From a virus (Duplodnaviria > Caudoviricetes): a DNA stretch of 53,069 nt. Location: positions 1-53,069 of IMG/VR virus record IMGVR_UViG_3300030118_003137. One strand, given 5' to 3'. The notes below the pieces were generated by a model. The model made no database searches, had not been told where the DNA came from, and saw only the letters and a program-made list of their open reading frames with translations. Both the position numbers and the translations under genes were made by a program. This document shows positions 25,245 to 36,147 of the stretch, one piece after another (the first letter of the stretch is position 1; each line of letters begins with the position of its first letter).

Positions 25245-25414
25245 AAGAGCTTATTGCAGGTTACTTATTTAATGATGAGATGAAAGCTAAAGTTATAAAA
25301 GAGCTTAACGATAACATCAACATTCCTATCATTAATGAAAAAACTGAAGAAAAAATACTTACAGCAATTTGGGAAACAGTTGAAGCAGTTCTTAAAAAAG
25401 TTATTTTAAAATAA
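25241..25414 (+). CDS. Hypothetical protein (57 aa)
   Basis: Manual ORF MKELIAGYLF...NINIPIINEKTEEKIL; AAGGAGG RBS. Confidence 0.7.
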   Translation: MKELIAGYLFNDEMKAKVIKELNDNINIPIINEKTEEKILTAIWETVEAVLKKVILK

Positions 25415-25416
25415 GG

Positions 25417-25752
25417 ATGGAATATAGGGGCAAAAAAGTATCTTGCGAAATGATGCTATATAGCGACTTGATAGTTAAAGATGGCAAAACCTTTGTAGAA
25501 GAATTAGATATAAAAGACTTAAAAATTTACAAAGATAAGCCATCTTCTTGCCCTTGCTGCAAAAGTAAAAAAGTTATAGGACTAGAAGTTCTAGGAACAA
25601 AAGAAGGAATATTAATGTGGATTTGTGATGATTGTGATTCTCTCTTTTTAAAATATAACTTAGAAAAAACTGAAAAATGGATTGAAAAAGGAAAAGGATT
25701 TTGGACAAACCCTATGGATTGGCCAGAACCTACAAGAGATCAATTTAACTAG
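25417..25752 (+). CDS. Zn-ribbon protein
   Basis: CPCC...WICDDC. Confidence 0.7.
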   Translation: MEYRGKKVSCEMMLYSDLIVKDGKTFVEELDIKDLKIYKDKPSSCPCCKSKKVIGLEVLGTKEGILMWICDDCDSLFLKYNLEKTEKWIEKGKGFWTNPMDWPEPTRDQFN

Positions 25753-25760
25753 AGAGGTAT

Positions 25761-26513
25761 ATGAAAACATATATAGTAACTCCTGATAAACACTTTCCCT
25801 TAGCCGATAAAAAGGCTATTAATGTTGTCTGTAAAGCTATAGAGGCAATTAAACCAGATGCATATATTGATTTGGGAGATACTGGAGAATGGAACAGTGC
25901 TAGTCATTGGAGATGGAAAAGAAAAAATAAACCACCATTAGAGTACTATCTTCCAGACATTATACAAGAAGTCGAAGATGTAAACAAAGGTTTAAATCAA
26001 ATAGATGAATCATTAGATAAAGCTAATGTAAAAGAAAAACATTTTATTACGGGAAATCACGACGAATGGTTAAATTACTTTGTAAATGAATATCCTTATT
26101 TAGAACAATATGGGCTAAACAAAGCACTAAAGTTAGAAGAAAGAGGATACAAAATTAAAAAGTTGGGTGATTTATTAGAAATAGGAGATATGAGCTATTA
26201 TCATGGACATAACTATAGTGGCATGAATCATGCGAGTAATCATTGTAGACAATACAAGCAAAATATAATGTATGGACATCATCATGACATACAGGTATAT
26301 TCTGACAAAAGTGCAAAGGGACCAATATCTGCATATAGTATAGGCTGTTTAAAGGATATGAGTCCTGAAGTCAATGGTTTTATAGGCGGTAGACCTATAA
26401 ACTGGAAACATGCATTTGCTATTGTTACATATCATGGCCAAAATAGTTTTGTTAATATTGTAGAGATAAAAAATGGTAAGGCAATAGTCGATGGTAAGCT
26501 TATCGAAGGGTAG
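25761..26513 (+). CDS. Calcineurin-like metallophosphoesterase
   Basis: PDKH, LGD, GNHD, HGH and GHHH motifs. Confidence 0.9.
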   Translation: MKTYIVTPDKHFPLADKKAINVVCKAIEAIKPDAYIDLGDTGEWNSASHWRWKRKNKPPLEYYLPDIIQEVEDVNKGLNQIDESLDKANVKEKHFITGNHDEWLNYFVNEYPYLEQYGLNKALKLEERGYKIKKLGDLLEIGDMSYYHGHNYSGMNHASNHCRQYKQNIMYGHHHDIQVYSDKSAKGPISAYSIGCLKDMSPEVNGFIGGRPINWKHAFAIVTYHGQNSFVNIVEIKNGKAIVDGKLIEG

Positions 26514-26515
26514 TA

Positions 26516-26782
26516 ATGGATATAATGGCCATAATAGAGACTTTTGGAGTTCCTGTAGCTGTAGCAATAGCTTTCGGTTATTTTATTTGGAAACAGAACA
26601 AATATATACAGGACGACCTTACAAAAGACATAAATCAGCAATTTACAAGGCTGGAAGGGATAGTTATACAACTAATAAACCAACAAAAGAAACTGCAGTT
26701 AGAAGTTAAAAAAATGAGTGCATCTTATGATGCTTTAGTAAAAATAGTAACAAACTTACTTAAAAAGGATAAGAATGGCTAA
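26516..26782 (+). CDS. Holin-like protein (one TM plus coiled coil)
   Basis: FGVPVAVAIAFGYFIW followed by a heptad-rich helix. Confidence 0.6.
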   Translation: MDIMAIIETFGVPVAVAIAFGYFIWKQNKYIQDDLTKDINQQFTRLEGIVIQLINQQKKLQLEVKKMSASYDALVKIVTNLLKKDKNG

Positions 26783-29700
26783 GAAAATATTAGAGTTAAA
26801 GCAATTTTTAAAAGGGATTGTTGCTGCACCTTCTGATGCTGATATACCAGAGGACTCTCCTGTATTTTCTAAAAATATAGACCCTATATCAGAAGAAGGT
26901 AAGTTAAAAGCAGTACCAGAAGACCTGTTAATAACAGATGAGGAACAAAGAACTGCAAATATAAGGTTTTGGCCTACAAGCAATACAGGAGTTAACGCTA
27001 CCCCAGTTATTAGTAGTTATGTATATAAATTGTATTTAAATGGAGAAAAACTTTCTGAATTTACAGGAAGTGCTGAAGCGGGTGCTACATTTAAAACAAC
27101 ATTTAGTGCTTATCAAGCAACTAAGTATATACTTGACAATACTACTTGGCCAGCAAGTGTTGAATCAAAAGAACCTTCTATAGAAATTAGATCTACAGAC
27201 GATGCTGATGGATATGGGGCAACATTAGGAACTATCGCTTCTGGTATAACAGATACTGCAACTGAAATACAAACAAGTATACCTAACCCTTTACAATATT
27301 ATGTAGGACAATCTGTGACTTTTGACGATGGAACAAATCAAGAAACAGTCACAATTACAGATGTAGACCAGCCAAATAGTAAAATTTATGTGACAAGAGC
27401 AAGCACATCTTATTCATTTGCTATGAATGACGCTATAAAAGCTCCAGTAGACTATAATTATGCAGATATAATATTTAATGAAAATATACAATCCTTACGA
27501 TTTGTTATAATCAATGCGCAAGGGAATATAGTAAGCAATGTAGAATCAGAAGAACTCACTGATTCGTTAGAAATAAACCCTATAAATACTTATGTGCAAA
27601 CAGGAAGAGACAAAGAAGCCGAAAAAACACACACTGATATTATACTATATGATAAGAACGTTGATACTGGTGACACGCAAATAAAGGTTATTGAAAACTT
27701 TTATTCAGAAAATGGAAGTTCTAGGTCAATATTGACTGGAGATGTTGTTGATTCAGATGATTCTTCAGAAAATCAATGGGCTTTACCTAATTATGATAGA
27801 GTTGCATTGCATTCTGGGGCAGGGTCTGTATATATAGGCACAGGAGGATCTTCACATTCAGAACCGAAATGGTTTGGTAAAATATTACATAAACCTTTTA
27901 ATCAAGAAGTAGAAGGAAGATTTTTAGTTAATTCTAGATTAAAGCCTGTAGATGAAGATAATACAGTATTTAATATATCATTTACTCAAAATCCAGTTAC
28001 TGCAGCTTCATGGAATAGTGGTGTAACGCCACAGCCGCTTAAAAGAGACCATGAAAACGTTATAGGTATATCTGAGGTCGATAGAAACTTTTTTTGGGTA
28101 AAACACAAGCTTTTAGGCTCTGAAACAGAAACTATAGTAGGAAAACAAACAAGAAGTACTACAATTGGCTTTATTCCTGGTGCTATATGCAGTAGCCAAC
28201 ATTTAATGAAACATTTTGCAGAAAAAGGTAGGGCCAATTATCTTCCATATGTAAATGGAGATTGGACTGCAGATAATACTGATTATACAGATTATGAAAC
28301 TAGTATTGCAAGTCATTTAGATAATGATGTTCCTGGAACAAATAAGTCAGTTAAGCAAACTTATGCTTGGGTTGCTGGTAAAGACTCTTATGATACAATA
28401 AAAATAATGGCACTAAGATATATTGATGATGGTGCTGATAGTAGAAAACTATTAGTAAATGAGCAAATGTCTTATTTTAAATTAGATTTTAAATTAGAGA
28501 CTACAGCAGAGATGAACACTATGCTTGGCGCAGGTAAGTTTATAAAAAGAAAACCTCCTATTAGTGCTAGAATATCAGATATATACGAAAAAGATAATAC
28601 TTTATTTGTACTTTACTGTAGAGACGAAGGCTTTACGCATAATGAGGAATGGTTATATGCTATTGATTTAACAAGTATAAGCACTACAGAACACTTGTCA
28701 GGAGATTTAGTTACTGCAAAACCAATTACTCCAGCTTACAGGTCATTGAAGAAATTTAACAAAGATTATAGAAACGAAGGCTCTGATTGGTATGCTCCTA
28801 GCGATGTATTTGATGGACGTAAGGTAAGTGATAGATATAAAGTTGGTAAAGATGGTTTTTATAGTGTCTACTCAAATAGAATAAAATGGAGAGCAACTGA
28901 TTGTTTAGGATTTTTAACTAATGGTAAACATTGTTCTGAAACTTTAGAAGTAGACAGTGAAATACTTGAACCAAATCTTGACAATTACTGGAATACAGTT
29001 TGGTGTGAAGATGATGGTGACCACAATAGCTATTACTGGGGATGGCAGGATAGAAGTACTGAATCTAGCAATGATTATGATGATGACCATCCAAGGTTGC
29101 CTAGTTGGCTTGATTACAAAGAGCTAGAAAGTTATGCAGGCAGTAATTTTAACATAGGAAAAACATACGGATTTAAGGAAGGAACCTACAGAATATATCC
29201 ACATAAAAAAGGTTTAACTAATTATAGGGATGATTCTGATGAAATTGGAGTGGTAGCTTACTTAGAAGGCGAACAATTGCTTAGCGACATAGTTATGAAG
29301 TCTGGATATAAAAAGTTAACACAAGGAGTAAAAAAATGGCATAAATATAACTGGTTTGAAAATACTGTTACTCCAGAATTTAAGTCATGGGATCAATGGG
29401 TTATAATGCCAGCAAATAAACATAACTATGGAGCGCTGCAAAGAAGTATGGGAGAGGGCGGTCATACTGCTAGGATGGCAGACACAATAGTTAATAACTC
29501 TCCTTTTTATTATATACAGAAAATAGACAATGAGTTTATTGATGGGGTATACTCGTCAAACTGGTCTGCAGTAAATTTAATTCAAAATGAAAATACGGCT
29601 AGCAACCTAATTGACGGTAGAATTATAAGAATGAAATGTACGTTTAGGCCTGGCTCTATTTTTAATCAAAATACAGCAACAAACACATTACCTGCTAATA

Positions 29701-31754
29701 GTTGGGAAAAGGCTTCACATAGGGCAATAACACCATTACAAGTGTCTACTGCTAGTTCTACACAACCTAACAATGATTTAATAACTCAACCTCCTCCAAG
29801 TAAGTATGGACTTGTATCTGTAAGTAGAGGCGATGTATTTACAAATGGTGCTACTGAATATTTAACAAATACTAGTAACGATAAAACTAATAAAAAAATG
29901 TATATGAGTGGAGTTATGCCTGGATTAACTCACAACGATACTGCTATTGCAAAGTGGACTGCCAATACAACTACATTTCAAGGTAATAAAATAAATGCAA
30001 ATAAAAGTGTAACTTCTGAATTAAATGCTGATAGCACATTTGGTCCTTTAAAATTATCTGAAATAGGAACATCAAGCATGTCTCTTTCTTCAGATGGGAC
30101 TTATGAAATAGCAAAAGTATTTGCAACTACAGGTTCAATTAAAAGTGGTTTTGCAAAATATTCTTCAGATGGAACAGTTGTAGATCCTGGTGAGTCAGAC
30201 CCTTACCATACATCTAACACTCCTTACTTACATTTAAACCCATCAGGGGATTTAGATGTAGGTCTTAGTTTTTTGCCACAAAGTTTAACAGATATTGAAA
30301 CTGTAACTGACGATGATGGTAATTCAGTAACGCAATATAAAACTGGGAACTTTAATGAAGGTCAAACGTATTACTATAAAGTTGCAGTAGTTTACGATAG
30401 CTTCCAAGAAGGCCCTCTATCTTTTAATCAATATGCTAGAACAGTTACCGAAACTGGTAATTATAAGAATATGCAAATAATCTTAAAACTTAGTTCTCCT
30501 CCTATTAGAGCATCTCATATTACAATATATAGAAGAAATAGTGAAGATGAGTTTTTTAGATTAGTAGCAGAACAGCCACTTGAAGATGATGCTTGGACAT
30601 ATAATTCTTCAGATAATGTTTATACTGCTTACGTTAACGACAATGGAACGTTAGGGGCTAATTACGAAGCTATTACAGGTATGCCTGAAGACCTAGAGTA
30701 TACTTTAGTTCATTATGGCATTGCAACAGAAGCATCTGGACACTTAGTAGTTGCAGATTGTTGGCACCCTGAAGTGAAGCAAAGTAAAAACTTTATATTT
30801 AAATCACAACCTCAAGCATATTCTACATTTAATTGGGCTAAAGACTTTTGTGTATTACCTAATAAACCTACTGCAATACAATGGTTTGCAGGGAAGATAT
30901 ATGCTTTTGATTTGCACAATACATGGAGAGTTAATCTAGATAGTATGGTTGTAGAAGACGCATTTGAAGGTACTGGGTGTATAGGTCAAGAGTCTATTTT
31001 AGTTACTGATTTTGGAATGTTTTTTGCAGATTATCAAGGTATCTATTTTCACAATGGAAACATGTCTGAAAATATATCAAGAGATATATCGCATAATAGT
31101 GCTGCAGACACATTAGATTCGTTAGATACTAATACTGACTATAATTATGAATGGTCTCCTTGGCAAAATATATCTCATAAGCTAGATCCACATTTATTGT
31201 ACAATCCAAAAGACCAAAGTATACTGGTATGTTTTGTAAATCAAAAAGAAGGCTCTTCTGATATTTCTGCAGCATGGAAATATAGTATTACTAGAAAAAG
31301 ATGGGACTTTATTGAGTTAGACGAATTTACTGCCGTTATTACTGGTACTAGAAATGATATATATTTAGGCGGTAAAAATAAATTACTACAAATTGGGGCA
31401 AGTACTAATTTAAATAAAGCTTATGATTGGGTTAGTAAATCCTTTAACATGGGCAGCTTATCTGAGGATAAGGTTATAAATGGATTGAAGTTTCAAATGA
31501 ATACGGCTGCAGATGCTACTTCTTTTAAGAATGCTTTAATCGACGAATCTGATTTAGCAAATGTTGTTATTTGGATGGATGAAACTAAAAAAGTAATAAC
31601 AACAGACTATACTGTTAAAACTAAAAAGAATAGCGTTACTTTAAAATTTAAGGGTAACAAATCATTTAAAAAGTTTAGGTTTGAAATACATAATTGTATT
31701 TATGAAATAGACTCTATTAGTTTAATATATAGAAATAAAAACGTTAAGGTATAA
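26775..31754 (+). CDS. Tail tubular/nozzle (stabilisation) protein with large insertions
   Basis: N-terminal F.KGIV...DI...KNIDP...GKL and C-terminal propeller-like EGTGCIGQESIL...GMFFAD..GIY and W.SK.F.MG...DK. Confidence 0.65.
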   Translation: MAKKILELKQFLKGIVAAPSDADIPEDSPVFSKNIDPISEEGKLKAVPEDLLITDEEQRTANIRFWPTSNTGVNATPVISSYVYKLYLNGEKLSEFTGSAEAGATFKTTFSAYQATKYILDNTTWPASVESKEPSIEIRSTDDADGYGATLGTIASGITDTATEIQTSIPNPLQYYVGQSVTFDDGTNQETVTITDVDQPNSKIYVTRASTSYSFAMNDAIKAPVDYNYADIIFNENIQSLRFVIINAQGNIVSNVESEELTDSLEINPINTYVQTGRDKEAEKTHTDIILYDKNVDTGDTQIKVIENFYSENGSSRSILTGDVVDSDDSSENQWALPNYDRVALHSGAGSVYIGTGGSSHSEPKWFGKILHKPFNQEVEGRFLVNSRLKPVDEDNTVFNISFTQNPVTAASWNSGVTPQPLKRDHENVIGISEVDRNFFWVKHKLLGSETETIVGKQTRSTTIGFIPGAICSSQHLMKHFAEKGRANYLPYVNGDWTADNTDYTDYETSIASHLDNDVPGTNKSVKQTYAWVAGKDSYDTIKIMALRYIDDGADSRKLLVNEQMSYFKLDFKLETTAEMNTMLGAGKFIKRKPPISARISDIYEKDNTLFVLYCRDEGFTHNEEWLYAIDLTSISTTEHLSGDLVTAKPITPAYRSLKKFNKDYRNEGSDWYAPSDVFDGRKVSDRYKVGKDGFYSVYSNRIKWRATDCLGFLTNGKHCSETLEVDSEILEPNLDNYWNTVWCEDDGDHNSYYWGWQDRSTESSNDYDDDHPRLPSWLDYKELESYAGSNFNIGKTYGFKEGTYRIYPHKKGLTNYRDDSDEIGVVAYLEGEQLLSDIVMKSGYKKLTQGVKKWHKYNWFENTVTPEFKSWDQWVIMPANKHNYGALQRSMGEGGHTARMADTIVNNSPFYYIQKIDNEFIDGVYSSNWSAVNLIQNENTASNLIDGRIIRMKCTFRPGSIFNQNTATNTLPANSWEKASHRAITPLQVSTASSTQPNNDLITQPPPSKYGLVSVSRGDVFTNGATEYLTNTSNDKTNKKMYMSGVMPGLTHNDTAIAKWTANTTTFQGNKINANKSVTSELNADSTFGPLKLSEIGTSSMSLSSDGTYEIAKVFATTGSIKSGFAKYSSDGTVVDPGESDPYHTSNTPYLHLNPSGDLDVGLSFLPQSLTDIETVTDDDGNSVTQYKTGNFNEGQTYYYKVAVVYDSFQEGPLSFNQYARTVTETGNYKNMQIILKLSSPPIRASHITIYRRNSEDEFFRLVAEQPLEDDAWTYNSSDNVYTAYVNDNGTLGANYEAITGMPEDLEYTLVHYGIATEASGHLVVADCWHPEVKQSKNFIFKSQPQAYSTFNWAKDFCVLPNKPTAIQWFAGKIYAFDLHNTWRVNLDSMVVEDAFEGTGCIGQESILVTDFGMFFADYQGIYFHNGNMSENISRDISHNSAADTLDSLDTNTDYNYEWSPWQNISHKLDPHLLYNPKDQSILVCFVNQKEGSSDISAAWKYSITRKRWDFIELDEFTAVITGTRNDIYLGGKNKLLQIGASTNLNKAYDWVSKSFNMGSLSEDKVINGLKFQMNTAADATSFKNALIDESDLANVVIWMDETKKVITTDYTVKTKKNSVTLKFKGNKSFKKFRFEIHNCIYEIDSISLIYRNKNVKV

Positions 31755-34700
31755 TGGCTAGAGATATATCAAGAAAAAGGTCTAACCTTGGTAGTGGAGA
31801 CATAAAAAGAGCACCTACTACAAATGAGCAAAATCTACAGGTTGTTATTGATACAATATATCGTGAACTTAATGAACTTAAAAATGCAGCTAGTAGTACT
31901 TCTAAATTATCAGCTTCTACCCCAACAGAGGGAAAAGATGGAGATATAAGACTTTATTCTGAAAGAGCAACTGACGGAACAGTTGGTTACTTTGTTCAGG
32001 GAAAATTTGGAGACTCTTGGGCATCAGGTAGGCTACAATTAGACACTATTGCTCCAAAATCATTAAGATCAGATGGTACAACAACAGTAGTTCCTAGTTA
32101 TGGTGCTTCTGGTGAGGGATATATAACATCTGCTGGAGTAACATATGAAGCCTTGGATGCAAATTTAGATGTAGGTGAGCTAGGCGGTCAAGTTGCTAAG
32201 GGAAATCATGTACATGACCATAATAGTGACAAAATATTAAATACAGGAACCAATACTCACGCACAAATAGACTCTCATATATCAGACTTATCTATACACA
32301 GAGAGCCTAATGATTCTGCGGGCAATATGGCTCTTGTTAGGAATAATACTCCATACCCAGGTACTCAAGACTTGTGGGCACGGTCTGACCACGTACACCA
32401 ATTAGACCAATCAGTTACTTATGAATTTACTGCATTGCAAAAATTTAATGTAAGTAGCGGAAATGCTATGGAAGTTACAGGTGATGTAACTATAACTGGT
32501 AATCTTACTGTAGATTTTGTAGAGGCTGATACAGGTGACACAACTATAGGTTCAGACTTATCTGTCGGTGAAAATGTTGTATTAAATAATGGAACTAATT
32601 TAAGCGGCAATGTTAATAGTGTAAATACTAATACTATACATGGTTCTACATTATCTCACAATAAAGTTCAAATCAGACATCAAGCTACAATTGGTAATCC
32701 TCAATTATCTTTAGAACATTCTAGTACTGTAAAAACAGGATTAAATACTAATAGCACAGGTCAATTCTATATAAGTCCAGATACGGATATAGTATTAAAT
32801 CCTACTAATGGAAATATACTTCCTAAAGGGAATATGGAAATTGACTTGGGTACAGATACTAGAAAGTTTAGAAGTCTATATGCAGGTGAATTAGTTGTTG
32901 ATAATATTATAGCACAAAATGTTATGGCTACTATAGGTGGTAAAATTATGGTGGCTCCAACAAATGTTGTTATGGTAGATATATCCTCTACTGACACATC
33001 TATTACATTAAAATATAATGACCCTAACTTTCAGGATGCATTTTTATTTTTACAAAAAGCAGATGTATCACTTCCTGATGAAGATAACAATGTTGACGGA
33101 GTTGTTCAGTTTGAAGTTATAAGAACTTCTAATGCAAGTCCTACATCTACAGACGTTGATGGTGAAACATGTTATACATATACAATAACAACTAGAAACG
33201 TAGATGGTTCTGGAGCAAATGCTTGGGTAGAAAATGATGCTATTGTATGTTTATATAAACCAGGCTCAGGCGGGAACAAAGGTTATATAGAACTAACATC
33301 TTCTGGAACTGTTTTAAATAGTACTGGGCCAAGAATAACTGCTTATGCTGCAAGCGATACAGATACAGTTTGGAATGCTGCTAAACCAGTATTTAGTATA
33401 GGTAGAATAGGGGGTTATGGAGGAGTACCTTCTAATGACGATACCGCTGGGCTAGTTATTGGTGATAACTTAACTTCTGGTCCTAGTGACTCTACTAATC
33501 CTTTTAAGGGTATGGTAGCACAAAGAACAGGATTAAAACTATTTAACACGCCTATTAAGATGTATGATGGTGACAATTTAAATGTTTTAATTGACAGGGA
33601 TTCAAATGATAGGAATGTATTTGCAATTGGAGCATCTATAGATGAGTCTACTTTAGCAGGTGCAGATCTTAAGTTTGCTTATGACAACACTCCTGGTGTA
33701 GAAACATACGTATTAACTATTGACGGCAATATAGATTTATCTGAAAATGTTGACTTTACAATAAATGAGTCAGATATAATGAACGCAATAGATCATTTTT
33801 TACCTAGTACCGACATGGGAAGTGTAAGTCAAAGAGGATTATATTTAACACCAGGATGGTTAGGTTTTTGGGAATATGATGCAGCTAATCCAGGTGCTGC
33901 TTATTGGCCTGTTAAATTAGGCGCAACAGCAAGCGGAACAAGTGGTGATCCGTTCTTTGAAATTAAAAATCACCCAACGCTTCCTACTGAATTTATAAGA
34001 TATACTACTGATAATGGATTAGAAATACAGGGCAAAATAAACGTTCAAGGAAAGTTTCCTACTATTAGATATAGCAACTTTGACACTAATACGCAAATAA
34101 ATAGTTCTGGAAACACTTTTGTTGTAGCTGAATATATATCTCATGCAAATGATGAAAATGTTTATATTGCAATGAGATGTAGAGATGCAGAAAACGGTGC
34201 AGCACTTTATTGGTATAATAGTTGGAATACATCAGAATCTGGCGAGCCAAGCCCAGACGTTAATGGAGGAGTATTCTTAGGTAATTTACACCAAGGCTTT
34301 GTTGAAAATAATACTAATAGCTTTGAAACATGGCTTACATTTACAGTTCCTGTTGCTAGTTTAGGAAACTCTGGTAGTAATTATGGATTAATACAGACTA
34401 AAAATTTAGCTCAAGACGGAATACAGCTTTTAGATATAATAGTATATAATAGTACTGAAGAATATTTAAATTTAAATGAATTAAAAGCAAATATCGTTGC
34501 TGCTGAAGCAGAAACAGCTGCTGGTAATGCTCAATCAACTGCAGATAATGCTATACCTGGAAATACAGATTATACACTTACAAATGATATAATACTTGGA
34601 AATGGTAGTATACAAATAGGAAATACTATCAACTCTGCAGTATTTACTGCTGGTACTACTAGTTTTGGTACAGACAATACTACTCCAGGATTTAGATTGG

Positions 34701-35425
34701 GTAATGATAGTGGAGCATACAAGTTCCTAATTAAAAATAATCAAGATAACGATTCTGCAAATCAGCAATATATAAGTATTGACACTAGCTCTGATACTAA
34801 TGCTATAGAAATTAAAGGATCTATACATGCTAATAGGCTAGCAAATACTGCTACTTTAATTGAAGATGCTAGCGGCGAATATCACCCTTTACACTGGAGG
34901 GGAGCTCAAGGTGATGTTAATCAAGCTAACTGGGTGTGGTCTCCATCTTATATAAGCTCTGAATTGTGGAATAGTGGAGTACAAGGCGGAGAAAAAATAA
35001 ACTATGGCAGAATAAGAGGTGGCTCAGAGGTAAAAATTATACTTGCCTATAAACCAGTTAATATGAGTATTGGGGTTCAAAAATTGAAAATGCTTGTCAA
35101 ATTTTTACCATATACTGCAACAAGTGTATCTGATCAAGGTTATAATTATGCAGGAAATGCCGTTGCTGGAATCTCATCTGGATATGTCGTACTTGAACCT
35201 TTCGGTCAAAACTTTGATAGTGATGGGAGTAGTTATTATAACGATGGCTTGTCTCCAGGTCCAGACTATTGGACTAATATGCCCTTTTATTTTCAAATGC
35301 CATATGATGGTTTAATAGCTTATAGATGGAGAGTAGAAGATAATTACCAAGTAACAGGACATACTCATTCAGTTGAAGTATTTTCAAATACTGGGACTAA
35401 AGCAATAACAAGGCCAGGAAGCTAA
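31754..35425 (+). CDS. Tail fibre/spike protein
   Basis: His-rich fibre repeats (GNHVHDH, NTHAQIDSHI, ARSDHVH), DLGTDTRKFRSLYAGEL and beta-rich domains. Confidence 0.7.
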   Translation: MARDISRKRSNLGSGDIKRAPTTNEQNLQVVIDTIYRELNELKNAASSTSKLSASTPTEGKDGDIRLYSERATDGTVGYFVQGKFGDSWASGRLQLDTIAPKSLRSDGTTTVVPSYGASGEGYITSAGVTYEALDANLDVGELGGQVAKGNHVHDHNSDKILNTGTNTHAQIDSHISDLSIHREPNDSAGNMALVRNNTPYPGTQDLWARSDHVHQLDQSVTYEFTALQKFNVSSGNAMEVTGDVTITGNLTVDFVEADTGDTTIGSDLSVGENVVLNNGTNLSGNVNSVNTNTIHGSTLSHNKVQIRHQATIGNPQLSLEHSSTVKTGLNTNSTGQFYISPDTDIVLNPTNGNILPKGNMEIDLGTDTRKFRSLYAGELVVDNIIAQNVMATIGGKIMVAPTNVVMVDISSTDTSITLKYNDPNFQDAFLFLQKADVSLPDEDNNVDGVVQFEVIRTSNASPTSTDVDGETCYTYTITTRNVDGSGANAWVENDAIVCLYKPGSGGNKGYIELTSSGTVLNSTGPRITAYAASDTDTVWNAAKPVFSIGRIGGYGGVPSNDDTAGLVIGDNLTSGPSDSTNPFKGMVAQRTGLKLFNTPIKMYDGDNLNVLIDRDSNDRNVFAIGASIDESTLAGADLKFAYDNTPGVETYVLTIDGNIDLSENVDFTINESDIMNAIDHFLPSTDMGSVSQRGLYLTPGWLGFWEYDAANPGAAYWPVKLGATASGTSGDPFFEIKNHPTLPTEFIRYTTDNGLEIQGKINVQGKFPTIRYSNFDTNTQINSSGNTFVVAEYISHANDENVYIAMRCRDAENGAALYWYNSWNTSESGEPSPDVNGGVFLGNLHQGFVENNTNSFETWLTFTVPVASLGNSGSNYGLIQTKNLAQDGIQLLDIIVYNSTEEYLNLNELKANIVAAEAETAAGNAQSTADNAIPGNTDYTLTNDIILGNGSIQIGNTINSAVFTAGTTSFGTDNTTPGFRLGNDSGAYKFLIKNNQDNDSANQQYISIDTSSDTNAIEIKGSIHANRLANTATLIEDASGEYHPLHWRGAQGDVNQANWVWSPSYISSELWNSGVQGGEKINYGRIRGGSEVKIILAYKPVNMSIGVQKLKMLVKFLPYTATSVSDQGYNYAGNAVAGISSGYVVLEPFGQNFDSDGSSYYNDGLSPGPDYWTNMPFYFQMPYDGLIAYRWRVEDNYQVTGHTHSVEVFSNTGTKAITRPGS

Positions 35426-35904
35426 TGTCAGTTAAGTCAGATATAGTAACCCGCATACAAGCAATAGATACAGGCGCTAGCATTTCTGAATCAGATATAT
35501 CTAACACAATGGTAGACTCTGCTTGGGAGGATACATGTGACGCAGTTTCTGGGGAAAGTAATTTGATTACTAGTAGAAACACTAGTGGTACTTGGTCTGC
35601 TCAGGACGAAGATGATTATGCTATAGACCATTTTAAAACAGGTATACAAAATATTATAAAAGCAGGCAGAGCAACGTTTCCGTACCGATCTACGCTTTCA
35701 GGCAAGGAGAGATATATCGTATATACCAATAATAAAGTTTACAAATTTCCTGCAAATAATGTAAATTACTTTAATAGCACTCTTGCAAATATAGAGTATT
35801 ACGGTGCTGCAGCTTACTTTAGCAGCGTAAGTCAAAGCACAAATCAAGCAACTGCTACAAATACAGGTAATGCTGCTGTAGCTAATTATAACTATGCACA
35901 ATAA
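35425..35904 (+). CDS. Hypothetical (structural) protein
   Basis: ORF track; coupled to the fibre gene. Confidence 0.65.
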   Translation: MSVKSDIVTRIQAIDTGASISESDISNTMVDSAWEDTCDAVSGESNLITSRNTSGTWSAQDEDDYAIDHFKTGIQNIIKAGRATFPYRSTLSGKERYIVYTNNKVYKFPANNVNYFNSTLANIEYYGAAAYFSSVSQSTNQATATNTGNAAVANYNYAQ

Positions 35905-35916
35905 AAGGAGATGTCG

Positions 35917-36066
35917 ATGTCACTTAAACAAGAACTTGAACAAGCACAAGCTCAACAAGAGCAAGCAAAAACACTGTGGACTAAACTTCAAGGCGTAATA
36001 GAATACTTAGAAGGTAGAATAAAGCAAGAAAAAGAAGAGAAAAAGTCCAGTAAAAGCAAAAAATAA
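35917..36066 (+). CDS. Small coiled-coil protein (49 aa)
   Basis: Manual ORF MSLKQELEQAQAQQEQAKTLWTKLQGVIEYLE...; AAGGAG RBS. Confidence 0.7.
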   Translation: MSLKQELEQAQAQQEQAKTLWTKLQGVIEYLEGRIKQEKEEKKSSKSKK

Positions 36067-36069
36067 GTC

Positions 36070-36100
36070 TTGTATATATAATTGTATAAATATTATATTA
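36070..36100 (+). promoter_or_regulatory. sigma70-like promoter TTGTAT-N18-TATATTA
   Basis: Upstream of the ejection-protein/RNAP block; same spacing as the elements at 10711 and 14655. Confidence 0.5.
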
Positions 36101-36147
36101 TACTGGCTTAGAGTAGCACTTTTAACGTATACGGGGGTAATACATAA

